Of a DNA stretch of 64,000 bases, positions 45,261 to 56,521 are shown piece after piece (within the stretch, counting starts at the first letter, position 1; every line of letters starts with the position of its first letter). The notes beneath the pieces were generated by a model. That model worked only from the letters and a program-made list of their open reading frames with translations, was not told the origin of the DNA and ran no database searches. The stretch comes from Candidatus Woesearchaeota archaeon (GTDB lineage: Archaea; Nanobdellota; Nanobdellia; Pacearchaeales; GW2011-AR1): NCBI GenBank assembly GCA_964493885.1, contig CAZBPV010000003.1:7831-71830 (forward strand), in the 5' to 3' direction. Both the position numbers and the translations under genes were made by a program.

Positions 45261-47996
45261 ATGACAGAAGATAGCTTAATTAGCACAAAAATAAATTACA
45301 AGGAAAAATTTAAGCAAATATTTCATTTTTTCAAAAATAAAAAAGTTCAGTGGGCATTAACAATAATATTCTTTTTAATTGTATTAATAGCTAGCACTTC
45401 TATTAGAGTATCTAATTTAGATAATTTAATAGATTCAACAACTGGAAATTATAGTCTTGCAGATTTAGATGCCCAGTATTTCTATAGAATTGCTCAGACA
45501 GCTGTAGATAATAATGGACTTCCTGAAATAGATAACATGCATTATATTGGAGCAAATCCTCCTTCTGGTTGGCTTAAAGAACTTTTGCCTAAATTTATTA
45601 TTTTAGTATGGGATATAGTTAAAATATTTAATTCTAGTTTTTCTTTATTAGATGCAGCTGTTTATTCTCCTGTAATCCTTTATTCAATTGGATTAATATT
45701 ATTTTTTCTGCTTGCTTATTTTTTAACAAAATCAAAATTAGCTGCTTTAATTGCTACAACTCTTTTAGCATACTCTCCTCCGTACTTGCATAGGTCAGTA
45801 GCAGGATTTGCAGATCATGATATAATGGGTATGGGAGCTATATTTTTGTGTTTTTTAATTTATGCATTGGCACTAAAGAATTTTGAGAAGAATTGGAAAA
45901 ATACAGTAGTTTATGGTATATTAACTGGATTTGGAATGGCTTTAGTTATAAGCTGCTGGGGAGGGGGGGCAACATTTGTTATCTCGGCTATTCCTTTTGC
46001 TTTTTTCTTGTATTATTTATTAAATTCAGAGAGTAAATTAAAATCTCTTGCTTTCTTTTCTTCATTAATACTTGCTAGTGTTGTATTTACTGGAGTATTT
46101 GGATTAGGAATGTCAAGTATGTATCATAGATTTTTCTTATCTTATGGTTTAGTGGTTCCTTTTGTTTTAGGTTTTATAATTATTGATTATTTTATTGGAA
46201 GAGTTTTACCAAAGATAAAAGAAAGCAAATATATACAAAAAAAGTATGAAAAATTATATTCATTATTAATTACTATTTTAATTGGAGTTATTTCTCTTCC
46301 ATTTGTTGGGAAGAGTATTTTTGTGGTAATTAAAGAAATATGGTATAGACTTTTATTTCCGTTTGGTGTTGGAAGAATAGGATTGACAGTAGCTGAAAAT
46401 GCTCAGCCTTATCTTAATGACTGGGTTGGACAGACAGGGAAGATAATATTTTATTTATTTGTATTTGGAGCAATGATTTTAGGTTTTGAATTTGTAAAAA
46501 ATATAAAGAGCAAAAAATCTAAAATCTTTTTAGCATTATCTTGGATTTATCTTATTTTTGCTATATTATTTAGCAGAATCTCATCTACTAGCTTATTTAA
46601 TGGAGAAAGTTTACTTAGTCAGTTATTTTATTTATCTGGGATTTTATTATTTTTTGGTGTATTTTTTTGGGAGTATCTTAAGGAGAGATTTAGTGCAGAT
46701 TCAAATATAATCTTGCTTATTGCTATAATATTGTTATCTATTATGAATGGGAGAAGTGCAGTAAGAGTTTTCTTAATGATTACACCATTTGTTTGCATTT
46801 CTGTTGGTTATGCAATAAATAGACTGTATATTTACTCAAAGGAAGCTAAGGATGAGCTACTTAAAATTATTTTAATTATTATGCTTATAATATCTTTAAT
46901 TGCAGTAAGTTTTTCAGGATATCAGTATTATCAATCTACTTCTCAACAAGCAATGTATGTTGGAGCTGCTGCTAATTATCAGTGGCAAAATGCAATGGAC
47001 TGGGCGAGAGAGAATACAGGAGAAAGAGATATTTTTGTTCACTGGTGGGATTATGGTTATTTTGTCCAGACAATTGGAAAACGTCCAAGTGTAACAGATG
47101 GGGGGCACTATGTTGGGTATTGGGATCATTTAATTGGAAGATATCTTTTAACAACACCTTATCCAGAGACTGCAATGAGTTATATGAAAACTAATAATGT
47201 TTCTTATTTGTTAATTGACTCAACAGATATTGGGAAATATCCTGCATATAGTTCAATTGGAAGTGATGATAATCACGACAGGTATTCTGGAATTATTGCT
47301 ATGGTTTCAGACATAAAACAAATACAAGAGACTTCAGAAGGAGAAATAAGAGTCTTTCAAGGAACATTTGGGGTTGAAGAAGATACTCTTTATGAGATTA
47401 ATGGAACTGAAATTTTTCTTCCAGGGCCAACATATAATTTAATGAACAGGCCAGAGTATAAATCTTTTGTAATAGGAGTAATTCTTGATGTTATAAAAAA
47501 TAATAATACTTCTGGATTTAAACAGCCAGAAGGAGTTTTTATGTATAATGGAAAGCAGTACAGAATTCCCTTAAAATATCTAACATATCAAGGAAGAGTA
47601 ATGGAATTTGAATCAGGATTAGATGCAGGGATTAGCATAATTCCTAATATAATAGAAGGAGGAGTTAGTGGAGGCATTCAAGTAGATAATCTGGGGGCAT
47701 TGATTTACTTGTCTCCTAGAACCTTTAATAGCCTTGTAGGACAGGTTTATATCTTGGGAGATGGATTTGGACATTATCCTGGGCTTGAAATTGCTCATCG
47801 TGAAAGTAGCCAGGTAGTAAAAAGCCTTAAATCTCAAGGCATGAGTAGTATTGGGGAGTTTGTTTACTTTAGAGGGATACAAGGGCCACTAGATATTTGG
47901 AAAGTAAAATATAATGAAAGTGTTATTGTAAGAGAGGAATTCTTAAGCATGGATGGTGGTTGGGCAGAGTTTGATAATCTTAGTTTTGTAAAATAA
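45261..47996 (+). CDS. aglB: Oligosaccharyltransferase AglB (STT3)
   Basis: 13 TM N-terminal domain and WWDYGY motif (HWWDYGYF), 911 aa. Confidence 0.9.
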   Translation: MTEDSLISTKINYKEKFKQIFHFFKNKKVQWALTIIFFLIVLIASTSIRVSNLDNLIDSTTGNYSLADLDAQYFYRIAQTAVDNNGLPEIDNMHYIGANPPSGWLKELLPKFIILVWDIVKIFNSSFSLLDAAVYSPVILYSIGLILFFLLAYFLTKSKLAALIATTLLAYSPPYLHRSVAGFADHDIMGMGAIFLCFLIYALALKNFEKNWKNTVVYGILTGFGMALVISCWGGGATFVISAIPFAFFLYYLLNSESKLKSLAFFSSLILASVVFTGVFGLGMSSMYHRFFLSYGLVVPFVLGFIIIDYFIGRVLPKIKESKYIQKKYEKLYSLLITILIGVISLPFVGKSIFVVIKEIWYRLLFPFGVGRIGLTVAENAQPYLNDWVGQTGKIIFYLFVFGAMILGFEFVKNIKSKKSKIFLALSWIYLIFAILFSRISSTSLFNGESLLSQLFYLSGILLFFGVFFWEYLKERFSADSNIILLIAIILLSIMNGRSAVRVFLMITPFVCISVGYAINRLYIYSKEAKDELLKIILIIMLIISLIAVSFSGYQYYQSTSQQAMYVGAAANYQWQNAMDWARENTGERDIFVHWWDYGYFVQTIGKRPSVTDGGHYVGYWDHLIGRYLLTTPYPETAMSYMKTNNVSYLLIDSTDIGKYPAYSSIGSDDNHDRYSGIIAMVSDIKQIQETSEGEIRVFQGTFGVEEDTLYEINGTEIFLPGPTYNLMNRPEYKSFVIGVILDVIKNNNTSGFKQPEGVFMYNGKQYRIPLKYLTYQGRVMEFESGLDAGISIIPNIIEGGVSGGIQVDNLGALIYLSPRTFNSLVGQVYILGDGFGHYPGLEIAHRESSQVVKSLKSQGMSSIGEFVYFRGIQGPLDIWKVKYNESVIVREEFLSMDGGWAEFDNLSFVK

Positions 47997-48005
47997 AGAA
48001 ATCCA

Positions 48006-49118
48006 ATGGAATACAAAATAGCAATAATAATCGGAACACGAGCTGAACTTATTAAGACTTTTCCAGTTATGCTTGAATTACAAAAAAAGAAGATTCCTTA
48101 TTATTTTATTCATACAGGACAGCATAGTTTAGGAGATTTTTGCAAGATTTTTGGAGTAAAGAAGCCAGATACAATACTCAGTGAAGAGCCTAAAAAAAGT
48201 TCAAAGTTTAATGCTCAAAAAATAAAAGCAGGTTTTTGGAATATTGGAATAGTATTTAAGATAAAAAGAGAATTAAGGAAAATTAAAGGATTAAAATATG
48301 TGATGTATCATGGAGATACAATGACTACTGCTTCTGCTGCAATTGCTTCTTCAAAACTATTAAATCCATGGAAGAAATACAAAAATGTTCATCTTGAAGC
48401 TGGATTAAGAAGTGAAAATCTAAGAGAGCCATTTCCAGAAGAAATTGCAAGAAAAATTGCAGACAATTTTTCAGATATACTATTGACTGTTTCAGAAAGA
48501 AGCTGCAGAAATGTGAAAAAGTATGAAGGAAAGAAAAATATCTGCCTTGTTGGAAATACTATATTAGATGCTGCAGATATATCACTAAAAATAGCTAAGA
48601 AAAATAAAACAAAGCCATTATCAAAGGAAAGGTTTGCATTGATTACTGTTCACAGGCATGAGAATATAAATAATAAAAAAAGACTGGAGAGCATTGTAGA
48701 AATCCTAAAAGAAATAAGTATTCCTGCTTATTTTGCTCTTCATGATAATACAAAAAAGAAACTAATTAAGTTTAATCTTTACAATGAATTAAAAAAGAAT
48801 AAAAATATTCATCTAATTGAACCATTAGACTACATTAATTTTATTTATCAGATGAGCAAATGCTCCCTTGTTATCTGCGATGGAGGAAGCATGCAAGAAG
48901 AAAGCCTTATTTTCAAGAAGCCATGCATAATCTTGAGAAAAGCTACTGAAAGACAAGAAGGATTAGACACTAATTTTCAGTTTTTATCAAACCTCGAAAT
49001 TGAAAAGACAAAAGACAAAATAAAAGAGTACCTTAATCCAGATTTCAAAATAAAACCCTTCAAAAACCCGTATGGAAAAAAAGGAGTGAGCAAGAAGATT
49101 GTTGAGGTGCTGAGATGA
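48006..49118 (+). CDS. wecB: UDP-N-acetylglucosamine 2-epimerase (WecB-like)
   Basis: IGTRAELIKTFPV and HTGQH motifs. Confidence 0.75.
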   Translation: MEYKIAIIIGTRAELIKTFPVMLELQKKKIPYYFIHTGQHSLGDFCKIFGVKKPDTILSEEPKKSSKFNAQKIKAGFWNIGIVFKIKRELRKIKGLKYVMYHGDTMTTASAAIASSKLLNPWKKYKNVHLEAGLRSENLREPFPEEIARKIADNFSDILLTVSERSCRNVKKYEGKKNICLVGNTILDAADISLKIAKKNKTKPLSKERFALITVHRHENINNKKRLESIVEILKEISIPAYFALHDNTKKKLIKFNLYNELKKNKNIHLIEPLDYINFIYQMSKCSLVICDGGSMQEESLIFKKPCIILRKATERQEGLDTNFQFLSNLEIEKTKDKIKEYLNPDFKIKPFKNPYGKKGVSKKIVEVLR

Positions 49119-49744
49119 AAAATGCTCTTGAAAAAAACAAAGAATATTCAGATAATTATGTCCAAAAAATAGAAGGATTAGAGATTCCAGAGTTAATTAA
49201 GAAGATTATAAAAGATTCTAAAAATATCCTAGATCTTGGTTGCGGATATGGACAAATTCTCCAAGCAATTAAAGAAGAGTACCCAAAAAAGAATCTTACT
49301 GGTGTTGAAATTTCACCTGTTAGAATAGACTTTCTGAATAAAAAAATTCCAAATTGTAAATTCTTATGCAAAGATGTCTGCGATACAAAACTAAAAGATA
49401 AGTCATTTGATTTAATTATTTCTACACAAGTTATAGAACATTTAGAAGATGATAAAGAATTAGTTAATGAGATGTTAAGATTATGCAAAAAAAAGGGTTA
49501 TATTTATGTGACAAGTGTAATAAAAAAACCATGGGCAATCTATAAATATAGGAACAAGGGAAAATTTGTTTTGGATCCAACTCATGAGAAAGAGTATAAA
49601 AATTCCAAAGAATTTTTAGACTTATTTAAAGATAAATTTAAGCTGATTCATGGAAAAGTATTTCCTGTTAAAAGAAAATTGTTCTCATTTAAATTAAAAA
49701 TACCCGGGTATTATATTATTGAGGGGTTATGGCAGAAAAAATAA
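49115..49744 (+). CDS. Class I SAM-dependent methyltransferase
   Basis: Motif I ILDLGCGYGQIL. Confidence 0.7.
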   Translation: MKNALEKNKEYSDNYVQKIEGLEIPELIKKIIKDSKNILDLGCGYGQILQAIKEEYPKKNLTGVEISPVRIDFLNKKIPNCKFLCKDVCDTKLKDKSFDLIISTQVIEHLEDDKELVNEMLRLCKKKGYIYVTSVIKKPWAIYKYRNKGKFVLDPTHEKEYKNSKEFLDLFKDKFKLIHGKVFPVKRKLFSFKLKIPGYYIIEGLWQKK

Positions 49745-50832
49745 AAGTCTATCTTCAATATCTATGGAGTTTTCCTGATTCTCCGTATTATAAGTATCTT
49801 ATAACCAATCCTCCAAAAGACATAGAATATCTTAATGTCCAGGCTCAAAAGGGGGCTATAACCTCGTCATTTAGGTTTGGATTAATGAATAAGCTGAAGA
49901 ATATGATAAGAAAGGCGCTTATGACAATAAAAATCCCAAATATTGTCAGAACAAAAAAGGGGGATTATAATTTGATTCATTGTGCTCATTGCCTTAGCTT
50001 GAATAAAAAGCCGTGGGTTGCAGATGTTGAACATTACTGGAATTTTGCATCAAGCGGAGAAATTGCATATTCTAATGCTGGCAGAGAAAGAATAAAGAAA
50101 ATGCTTAAAAGTCCTTATTGCAAAAGAGTTTTACCTTGGACAAATGCAGCAAAAGAGTCAATTATCAAGAATATGAATGACAAAGAAATAGAAAAAAAGA
50201 CTGAAGTAGTTTATCCTGCAATTCAATTGCCAAAGTTAAAATTAAATAAAAAGAAAAACAAAAAAATAACTTTGCTATTTGTTGGAAGATATTTCTATGG
50301 CAAAGGAGGCTTGCATGCACTTGAAGCCTTTGACAGATTAAGCAAGAAACATGACATTGAATGCATATTTGTTTCAGAAACTCCAAAGCAATTTATTGAC
50401 AAGTATTCAGGGAACAAAAGAATAAAATTCCATGGTTTAATGCCACAAAACCAGCTTTTTGAATTTTATTCAAAAGCAGATATTTTTGTATACCCGGGGT
50501 ATAGTGATACTTTTGGGTTTGCATTAATAGAAGTTATGAGTTTTGGGTTGCCAATAATAACTGTTGATGGTTTTGCAAGAAAAGAAATTGTTGAGGACAA
50601 AAAAACAGGGTTTGTCATAAACAAGAAAAAAGATATTGATTGCAATAAAATAGACGATGAAGGTAAAAGAATAATCAATGAAATTGTTGAAAAAACAGAA
50701 AAATTAATTAAAAATAAAAAACTGCTTCAGAAAATGAGCAAAAATGCAAGAAAAGAGATTGAATCTGGAAAATTTTCAATAAAAGAAAGAGATAAAAAAC
50801 TTGAAAAAATCTATCAAGAGGCAATAAAATGA
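49729..50832 (+). CDS. Glycosyltransferase family 4 (GT-B)
   Basis: The C-terminal motif is GFALIEVMSFGLPIIT. Confidence 0.7.
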   Translation: MAEKIKVYLQYLWSFPDSPYYKYLITNPPKDIEYLNVQAQKGAITSSFRFGLMNKLKNMIRKALMTIKIPNIVRTKKGDYNLIHCAHCLSLNKKPWVADVEHYWNFASSGEIAYSNAGRERIKKMLKSPYCKRVLPWTNAAKESIIKNMNDKEIEKKTEVVYPAIQLPKLKLNKKKNKKITLLFVGRYFYGKGGLHALEAFDRLSKKHDIECIFVSETPKQFIDKYSGNKRIKFHGLMPQNQLFEFYSKADIFVYPGYSDTFGFALIEVMSFGLPIITVDGFARKEIVEDKKTGFVINKKKDIDCNKIDDEGKRIINEIVEKTEKLIKNKKLLQKMSKNARKEIESGKFSIKERDKKLEKIYQEAIK

Positions 50833-51530
50833 AAAACTTAGCAAATGGGGAATACGGCGAAGAGGTTTGGGAAAGAAAAATAAATGCCCAAAATGAAGTT
50901 GGAGTAATATTTGGAGTTGTTGGCTCTATGAAGGAGATACATAAAGATACCTCCAAAGTAATGAACCTTTTTGACAAAGAAATAAAGCCAATAATAAAGA
51001 AGAACGCGAAAGTAATGGATTTAGGAATTGGGCCATTAGCAAGATTTTCAATAGAATTTGCACAAAGAGGATATAAGGTTACAGGAGTAGATATTTCTGA
51101 AACAACCTTGGAATACGCAAAAAAATATATTAATAAAGCAAATGTTAAAGTAAACCTTATAAAAGGAGATATAACAGAAATAGACAAAATAAGGGAGAAA
51201 TTTGATTTGGTTTTTTGCAATGCTACTTTTTATCATGTTCCTCCTCATCTTACTGGAATTTCCTTAATTAAGATAAATAATATATTAAATCCAAATGGGA
51301 GATTGTTTGTTGAATTTGGAATAGTTACTAAGATAAGTCTGAAAGATTGTATAAGACAACCTTTTTATTGGCTGGGGCATTATATTAAAAGATTATTTGG
51401 AAAAGGTTTTAGAGTTAATGTCAGCAGATTTACATCTAGGGAGATTAAAGAAATGGTGGAAAAAGCAGGATTTAAAATAGAAAGAAGATTTGGAGATGCT
51501 ACTTTTCTCTTGATTAAACAAAAAGAATAA
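50829..51530 (+). CDS. Class I SAM-dependent methyltransferase
   Basis: Motif I VMDLGIGPL, acidic loop VDISE. Confidence 0.7.
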   Translation: MKNLANGEYGEEVWERKINAQNEVGVIFGVVGSMKEIHKDTSKVMNLFDKEIKPIIKKNAKVMDLGIGPLARFSIEFAQRGYKVTGVDISETTLEYAKKYINKANVKVNLIKGDITEIDKIREKFDLVFCNATFYHVPPHLTGISLIKINNILNPNGRLFVEFGIVTKISLKDCIRQPFYWLGHYIKRLFGKGFRVNVSRFTSREIKEMVEKAGFKIERRFGDATFLLIKQKE

Positions 51531-51562
51531 GAATTTATAAACAACAAAAAAATTAAGATAAG

Positions 51563-52813
51563 ATGCAAAAGGCAATAGAAATAACAAAATGCAGGGCATG
51601 TGATTCTTCTAATCTAGTTCCTATAATCTCTTTGGGAAATCAGTGCGTAACAAATTTTATTGCATCTGAAGATGAAAAATGTGTAAGAGCTCCTTTAGAC
51701 TTAGTTCTTTGCAATCATTGCAAATTACTTCAATTAAAGCATAATGCCCCTCCTGAATCAATGTGGGATGAACAATATTGGTATAAATCTGGAATAAGCA
51801 TAACTATAAAGAATGATTTAAAAAATATTGTGGAAAATATTGAAAAAATGATTAAATTAGATAAAGGAGATAATATAATAGATATTGGCTGCAATGATGG
51901 AACTTTGCTTAGTTTTTATTCAAAACCAGTTCATCATATTGGATTTGACCCATCTAAAAATGTTGCTAGAGAAGCTACTGCAAAGGGATTTGATGTTGTC
52001 AACAATTTTTTTAATAAAGAGAATTATAAAGAGAAATTTGGAGAGAAAAAAGCAAAAGTTATCACTGCGATTTCTATGTTCTATGACTTAGAAAATCCTA
52101 ATCAATTTTTAAAAGATATTGTTGATATATTAGACAAAAAAGGTCTCTTTGTAATCCAACAAAATTATTTGCTTACTATGTTAAAATACAATGCGTTTGA
52201 TAATATTTGTCATGAACATAGAGAGTATTATTCTTTGCTTTCGTTAAAAAATATACTTGAAAAACATGGATTAGAGATATTTGACGTTGAATTAAATGAT
52301 ATAAATGGTGGAAGTATCAGGACTTATATTCGATTTAAGGGAGAAACTGCTTTAAAACCTAAAGAAGGAAGTGAGCAAAGAATAAAAGATTTGCTTGAAA
52401 AAGAAAGAGAAATGAAACTGGAAACCCTTGAACCTTATCAAGCATTTGCATCTAGAATAAAAGGGATTAAAGATAAACTGCTTTCATTTATTAAAGAAGA
52501 GAAGAAAAAAGGAAAGAAAATATGGATTTATGGGGCATCTACAAGGGGAAATGTAATATTACAATATTTTGGATTAAATGATAAATTAATTGATTATGCA
52601 GCTGATAAAAATACTGATAAATGGGGTAAAAAGACAATTGGAAGCTTAATCCCTATAACTTCTCCTGAAAATTTTAGAGAATCTAATCCTGACTATTTAT
52701 TGGTGATGGTATGGCATTTCTTTGATGAAATCAAAAAACAGGAAGCAGAATGGTTTAATGCTGGAGGAAAATTTATTATTCCTCTTCCAGAATTTAAAAT
52801 TGTTTCTTTATAA
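51563..52813 (+). CDS. NDP-sugar C-methyltransferase-like enzyme (N-terminal zinc ribbon + MTase + C-methyltransferase C-domain)
   Basis: CRACDS...LCNHC zinc ribbon, MTase motif IDIGCNDGTLL, and a C-terminal domain of TylCIII/PF08484 type. Confidence 0.6.
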   Translation: MQKAIEITKCRACDSSNLVPIISLGNQCVTNFIASEDEKCVRAPLDLVLCNHCKLLQLKHNAPPESMWDEQYWYKSGISITIKNDLKNIVENIEKMIKLDKGDNIIDIGCNDGTLLSFYSKPVHHIGFDPSKNVAREATAKGFDVVNNFFNKENYKEKFGEKKAKVITAISMFYDLENPNQFLKDIVDILDKKGLFVIQQNYLLTMLKYNAFDNICHEHREYYSLLSLKNILEKHGLEIFDVELNDINGGSIRTYIRFKGETALKPKEGSEQRIKDLLEKEREMKLETLEPYQAFASRIKGIKDKLLSFIKEEKKKGKKIWIYGASTRGNVILQYFGLNDKLIDYAADKNTDKWGKKTIGSLIPITSPENFRESNPDYLLVMVWHFFDEIKKQEAEWFNAGGKFIIPLPEFKIVSL

Positions 52814-53633
52814 TCTCTAATCCTTTACTAAAAGGGGTAAACCTTATTCCTAGATTTGTTATTTTATGTGTATCAAAAGTTGCATTTTTTGGTATTTTGA
52901 TAGAGATTTTTTGATTTTTTTCTATAGTTATTTTAGAGTTGCTTCTCACAAGAGACTCCATGGATTTTAATAGATTAATATGATTCATTCTTTCTGGTCC
53001 AGCGAGATGAAAAATACCTCTTTGATTTTTCTTTATTAGTTCATATAATATTCTTGGGACATCTTCTACAAACAAAGGCTGTCTTACTTGCAAAGAATTT
53101 CTTAATTTAATCTCATTTCCAGATAAAATTTGGTCAAATATTCCATTTCCCTCCCCTATCCCATTATAACCATACATGATGTCTACTCTTAAAATAATTG
53201 AATTTGGATTCTTGGAAATCTCCTTCTCAGCCATAATTTTTGTTCTAGCATACTCATTTATAGGTGTTGTTTTATCTTCTTCATTATAATTTCCCTTAAT
53301 ACCATCAAAAACATAAGAAGACGAGATAAATGTAAATATTGCTCCTATCTCCTTACAAACCTCTGAAATATTTTTTGCAGTGAGATAATTTAATTTTTCT
53401 GCAAGTTTAGGATTATTTTCACATTCAAAGGAGCTAGTTAAAGCAATTGTATCAATAACTAGATTAGGTCTTTCTTTCTTCAGAAAATTATCAACTGCTT
53501 TTTTATCAGTAGCATCTACTTTTATAACGCCCTCTTGAGAATTTATGTCTGCTCCTATTACTTCAGCCTTATTTTGAAAAAAATCCATAAATTTTTTTCC
53601 TAAAAATCCAGTTCCAAAAATAATTATCTTCAT
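52794..53633 (-). CDS. SDR-family NAD(P)-dependent sugar reductase (dTDP-4-dehydrorhamnose reductase RmlD-like)
   Basis: GxxGxxG N-terminus (IFGTGFLG), 279 aa. Confidence 0.6.
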   Translation of the reverse strand: MKIIIFGTGFLGKKFMDFFQNKAEVIGADINSQEGVIKVDATDKKAVDNFLKKERPNLVIDTIALTSSFECENNPKLAEKLNYLTAKNISEVCKEIGAIFTFISSSYVFDGIKGNYNEEDKTTPINEYARTKIMAEKEISKNPNSIILRVDIMYGYNGIGEGNGIFDQILSGNEIKLRNSLQVRQPLFVEDVPRILYELIKKNQRGIFHLAGPERMNHINLLKSMESLVRSNSKITIEKNQKISIKIPKNATFDTHKITNLGIRFTPFSKGLEIIKKQF

Positions 53634-54727
53634 TTTAAAGATTCATAGATTTTTTTATATTTTTTTGATAGAGGGGTTAATCCATATTCTTTCAAATATC
53701 TTTCGCATTCTTTCACCATTTTTTTATAATTTTTAGGTTTTATTGCTTCTTTAATAATCTTAGGGTACTCTTTATCATTCTTTGCTATTTTAATACATCC
53801 AAAATTATTGGATATTTCATTAAAGAATTTTATATTGCTTGCTATTACTGGCTTTTTAACAGCCATAGCGTGTGCAAAAATTCCACTTCCAATTCCGCCT
53901 CTATAAGGGAGGAGGACTAAATCTGATGCTGAAAAATATTCCCACCATAGAGGATTTTTATCAGTAATATCAAAAATATCAAATCTAACAAACTTAGAGA
54001 GATTATTTTTCTTTACATATTCTTGATTTTCAGTTAAATATTCAGTTGTTCTTTGTTTATTTCTATCATTAATTGGAGCAGGATTTGCAACAACAAGGAT
54101 TGTCTTTCCTATTTTATCTGCTTGCTTAATAATTATATCATGTCCATGGTCTGGAACTATACTTCCCATGAATAAATAAACATTTCCAGTTAGTTTGAAT
54201 TTTTTCTTTGCCTTTTCCTTTGAAATAGTTTTTACATCTTCTATAATTGCTTGAGGGAATATCTCTATTTTTCTTGGATTAACCCCATATTCCTTGACTA
54301 ATATCGCCTTGAAAAAATTAGCATGAACAATAATTTTATCTGAAGCATAGTTTATTACTCTATTCTGGACTCTATAAAGCATTTTTCTTAAGAATATTTT
54401 TAAAAATCCATCTTTAAATTTTTCTTTTTGAGATAAAATAGTATGCATAGTTGTAATAATCTTAGCTCTGCTCAGAAATAGAATAAAATAAAGAAAAAAG
54501 AAAGGAATCCCATATCCTCCTAAAAGATTATACTCGTGTTGAATATGTATTAAATCATACTTGCATAACTTCCCTATTTTTTTAAAAATTGACCAGGGAT
54601 TTCCTGCGATATAAGTCACATTATCTATATTAATTTCATTCTTTCTCATACTTTCTGTAAGAGTCGTGGAATATCCAGAAATTGCTTTTTCAGATTCCCT
54701 TGAAGGGAAAACCATTGCTGCTTTCAT
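53630..54727 (-). CDS. Glycosyltransferase (GT-B, family 4-like)
   Basis: C-terminal GT-B nucleotide-binding half; 365 aa. Confidence 0.55.
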   Translation of the reverse strand: MKAAMVFPSRESEKAISGYSTTLTESMRKNEINIDNVTYIAGNPWSIFKKIGKLCKYDLIHIQHEYNLLGGYGIPFFFLYFILFLSRAKIITTMHTILSQKEKFKDGFLKIFLRKMLYRVQNRVINYASDKIIVHANFFKAILVKEYGVNPRKIEIFPQAIIEDVKTISKEKAKKKFKLTGNVYLFMGSIVPDHGHDIIIKQADKIGKTILVVANPAPINDRNKQRTTEYLTENQEYVKKNNLSKFVRFDIFDITDKNPLWWEYFSASDLVLLPYRGGIGSGIFAHAMAVKKPVIASNIKFFNEISNNFGCIKIAKNDKEYPKIIKEAIKPKNYKKMVKECERYLKEYGLTPLSKKYKKIYESLK

Positions 54728-55698
54728 TTTTGTCTATTTTTCCAGTATTCTATTGTCCTTCTCAAACCTTCTTCAGGAGTAACTTTTTGCTCCCATCCAA
54801 GAATCTTTTTTGCCTTAGAAGAATCAAGAACAAGGTAGCTTTGGTCTGAAGTAATTGGTCTATTTGGATATCCTGGAGGATATTCTCCAAAATGAATCTT
54901 CTCAACAGGAAAACCAAGTACTTTAGCTATTTTTAATGTCCATTCTTTATTAGTATACCCCTTTCCTCCAGCAATATTAAAGACTTTTCCTTTTGCTTCT
55001 GGAGTTTTCATTGTAAGGAGATAAGAATTAACATGATCATCTACATACATATAATCTCTAATAGAGTCTGGAGCTCCAATATAAATTTCATTTCCTTTAA
55101 GCATCTCTGTTATAACATACTCTGTGAAAAAGCTCGGGTCATATTTTCTTCCGAAAGTGTTTGAATTTCTTAATACAACCCCGTTAAAGTCATATACTGT
55201 AAATAACATTCTCATATACATATCCATAGATGCTTTTGCAACTGCATAAGGGCTTGAGGGTTCTAATCTTAAATCTTCTACTGAAGGAACAGGTTCCTGA
55301 AAGCCATAGACTTCTGCTGTTGATGCTACAACTAATCTTACTTTTTGAGGGCCATATAAATCTCTTAATGATTCTGCTATATTTACTGTCCCTAAAAGGA
55401 TAGATTTTTGATAATCAAATGGATGTTCAAAACTCAATCTTACAGGAGAAAGTGCCGCAAGATGAATAACAACACTTGGGTTTACTTTTTTTATTGAGTT
55501 TCTAACTGAAAAATAGTCAGTAATATCACAAGTTATAATCTTTATTTTTCCTTCTAAATCTTCAAGAGCCTCATTGTTTCTTCCTACAACATGTCTAATC
55601 AAACCAAAAACTTCATGGCCTTCTTTAACTAATTTATGAGCTAATTCTGCTCCAATAAAACCTGTTATTCCTGTGATAAGGACTTTCATAAACTCCAA
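54724..55698 (-). CDS. NAD-dependent nucleotide-sugar epimerase/dehydratase (GalE/UDP-xylose synthase-like)
   Basis: GITGFIG Rossmann motif, catalytic YAVAK. Confidence 0.8.
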   Translation of the reverse strand: MEFMKVLITGITGFIGAELAHKLVKEGHEVFGLIRHVVGRNNEALEDLEGKIKIITCDITDYFSVRNSIKKVNPSVVIHLAALSPVRLSFEHPFDYQKSILLGTVNIAESLRDLYGPQKVRLVVASTAEVYGFQEPVPSVEDLRLEPSSPYAVAKASMDMYMRMLFTVYDFNGVVLRNSNTFGRKYDPSFFTEYVITEMLKGNEIYIGAPDSIRDYMYVDDHVNSYLLTMKTPEAKGKVFNIAGGKGYTNKEWTLKIAKVLGFPVEKIHFGEYPPGYPNRPITSDQSYLVLDSSKAKKILGWEQKVTPEEGLRRTIEYWKNRQK

Positions 55699-55784
55699 TA
55701 ATAGAACAGATTTATAAATTTATTGATAGCATAAAAGAACTAAAATATAGTTATATTTTTAAATGCCTCACTATTTTAAAATTC

Positions 55785-56495
55785 ATGAAATTAAAGACTG
55801 CAGTTATTATAGCTGGAGGGAAAGGAACTCGTTTAGGAGAAATAGCAAATGAAATTCCTAAACCAATGGTACTATTAAATAATAAACCTATTTTGGAGAG
55901 GATAATTCATTGGCTTAAAAATAATGGGGTGTCTAATATAGTTATAGGAGTTGCTTATAAAAAAGAGAAAATAAAAGAGTATTTTGGGGATGGTTCTAAA
56001 TTTGGGGTTAAGATTATATATACTGAACATGATGAAAATGGCGGAACAGAAGATGCATTTAAAACAGCTATAGAAAAATCAGGCATTCAAGATGAAAATT
56101 TCTATGCAATGAATGGGGACCAAATAACTGACTTACAACTTGAAGGGCTTACAAATTCACATATTGAGAGCAAGGCAATTGCAAGTGTTGTTACAATCAG
56201 ACTAAGAACAAATTTTGGAATAGTAAAAACAGATAGTGCAGGGTGGGTAACTGAATTTCAAGAGAAAAAAGTAGTTCCAGAGGTTATAATGAATTGCGGA
56301 ATTTATGTATTTAATAAAAAAATAAAAGAGTATCTGACTGGAGGAAACATTGAGTTAAATGCTTTTAAAAAATTAATTACTGAAAAGAAACTTCGTTCAT
56401 TTTTTTATGATGGAATGTGGACAAGCGTCAATGACCAAAAAGAACTAAAGGCTGCAGAAGAAATACTAAAAAAATATGATGGATTAATGGAATAA
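55785..56495 (+). CDS. Sugar-1-phosphate nucleotidyltransferase
   Basis: AGGKGTRL motif; paralogous to the HddC-like gene at 62291 (shared YFGDGSKFGV). Confidence 0.75.
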   Translation: MKLKTAVIIAGGKGTRLGEIANEIPKPMVLLNNKPILERIIHWLKNNGVSNIVIGVAYKKEKIKEYFGDGSKFGVKIIYTEHDENGGTEDAFKTAIEKSGIQDENFYAMNGDQITDLQLEGLTNSHIESKAIASVVTIRLRTNFGIVKTDSAGWVTEFQEKKVVPEVIMNCGIYVFNKKIKEYLTGGNIELNAFKKLITEKKLRSFFYDGMWTSVNDQKELKAAEEILKKYDGLME

Positions 56496-56521
56496 AGGAA
56501 ATTATTCTATTTTATATTAAA

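Noticed and set aside
46914-47194. Short ORFs on both strands inside aglB
   Set aside because: They are internal or antisense to the 911-aa AglB gene.
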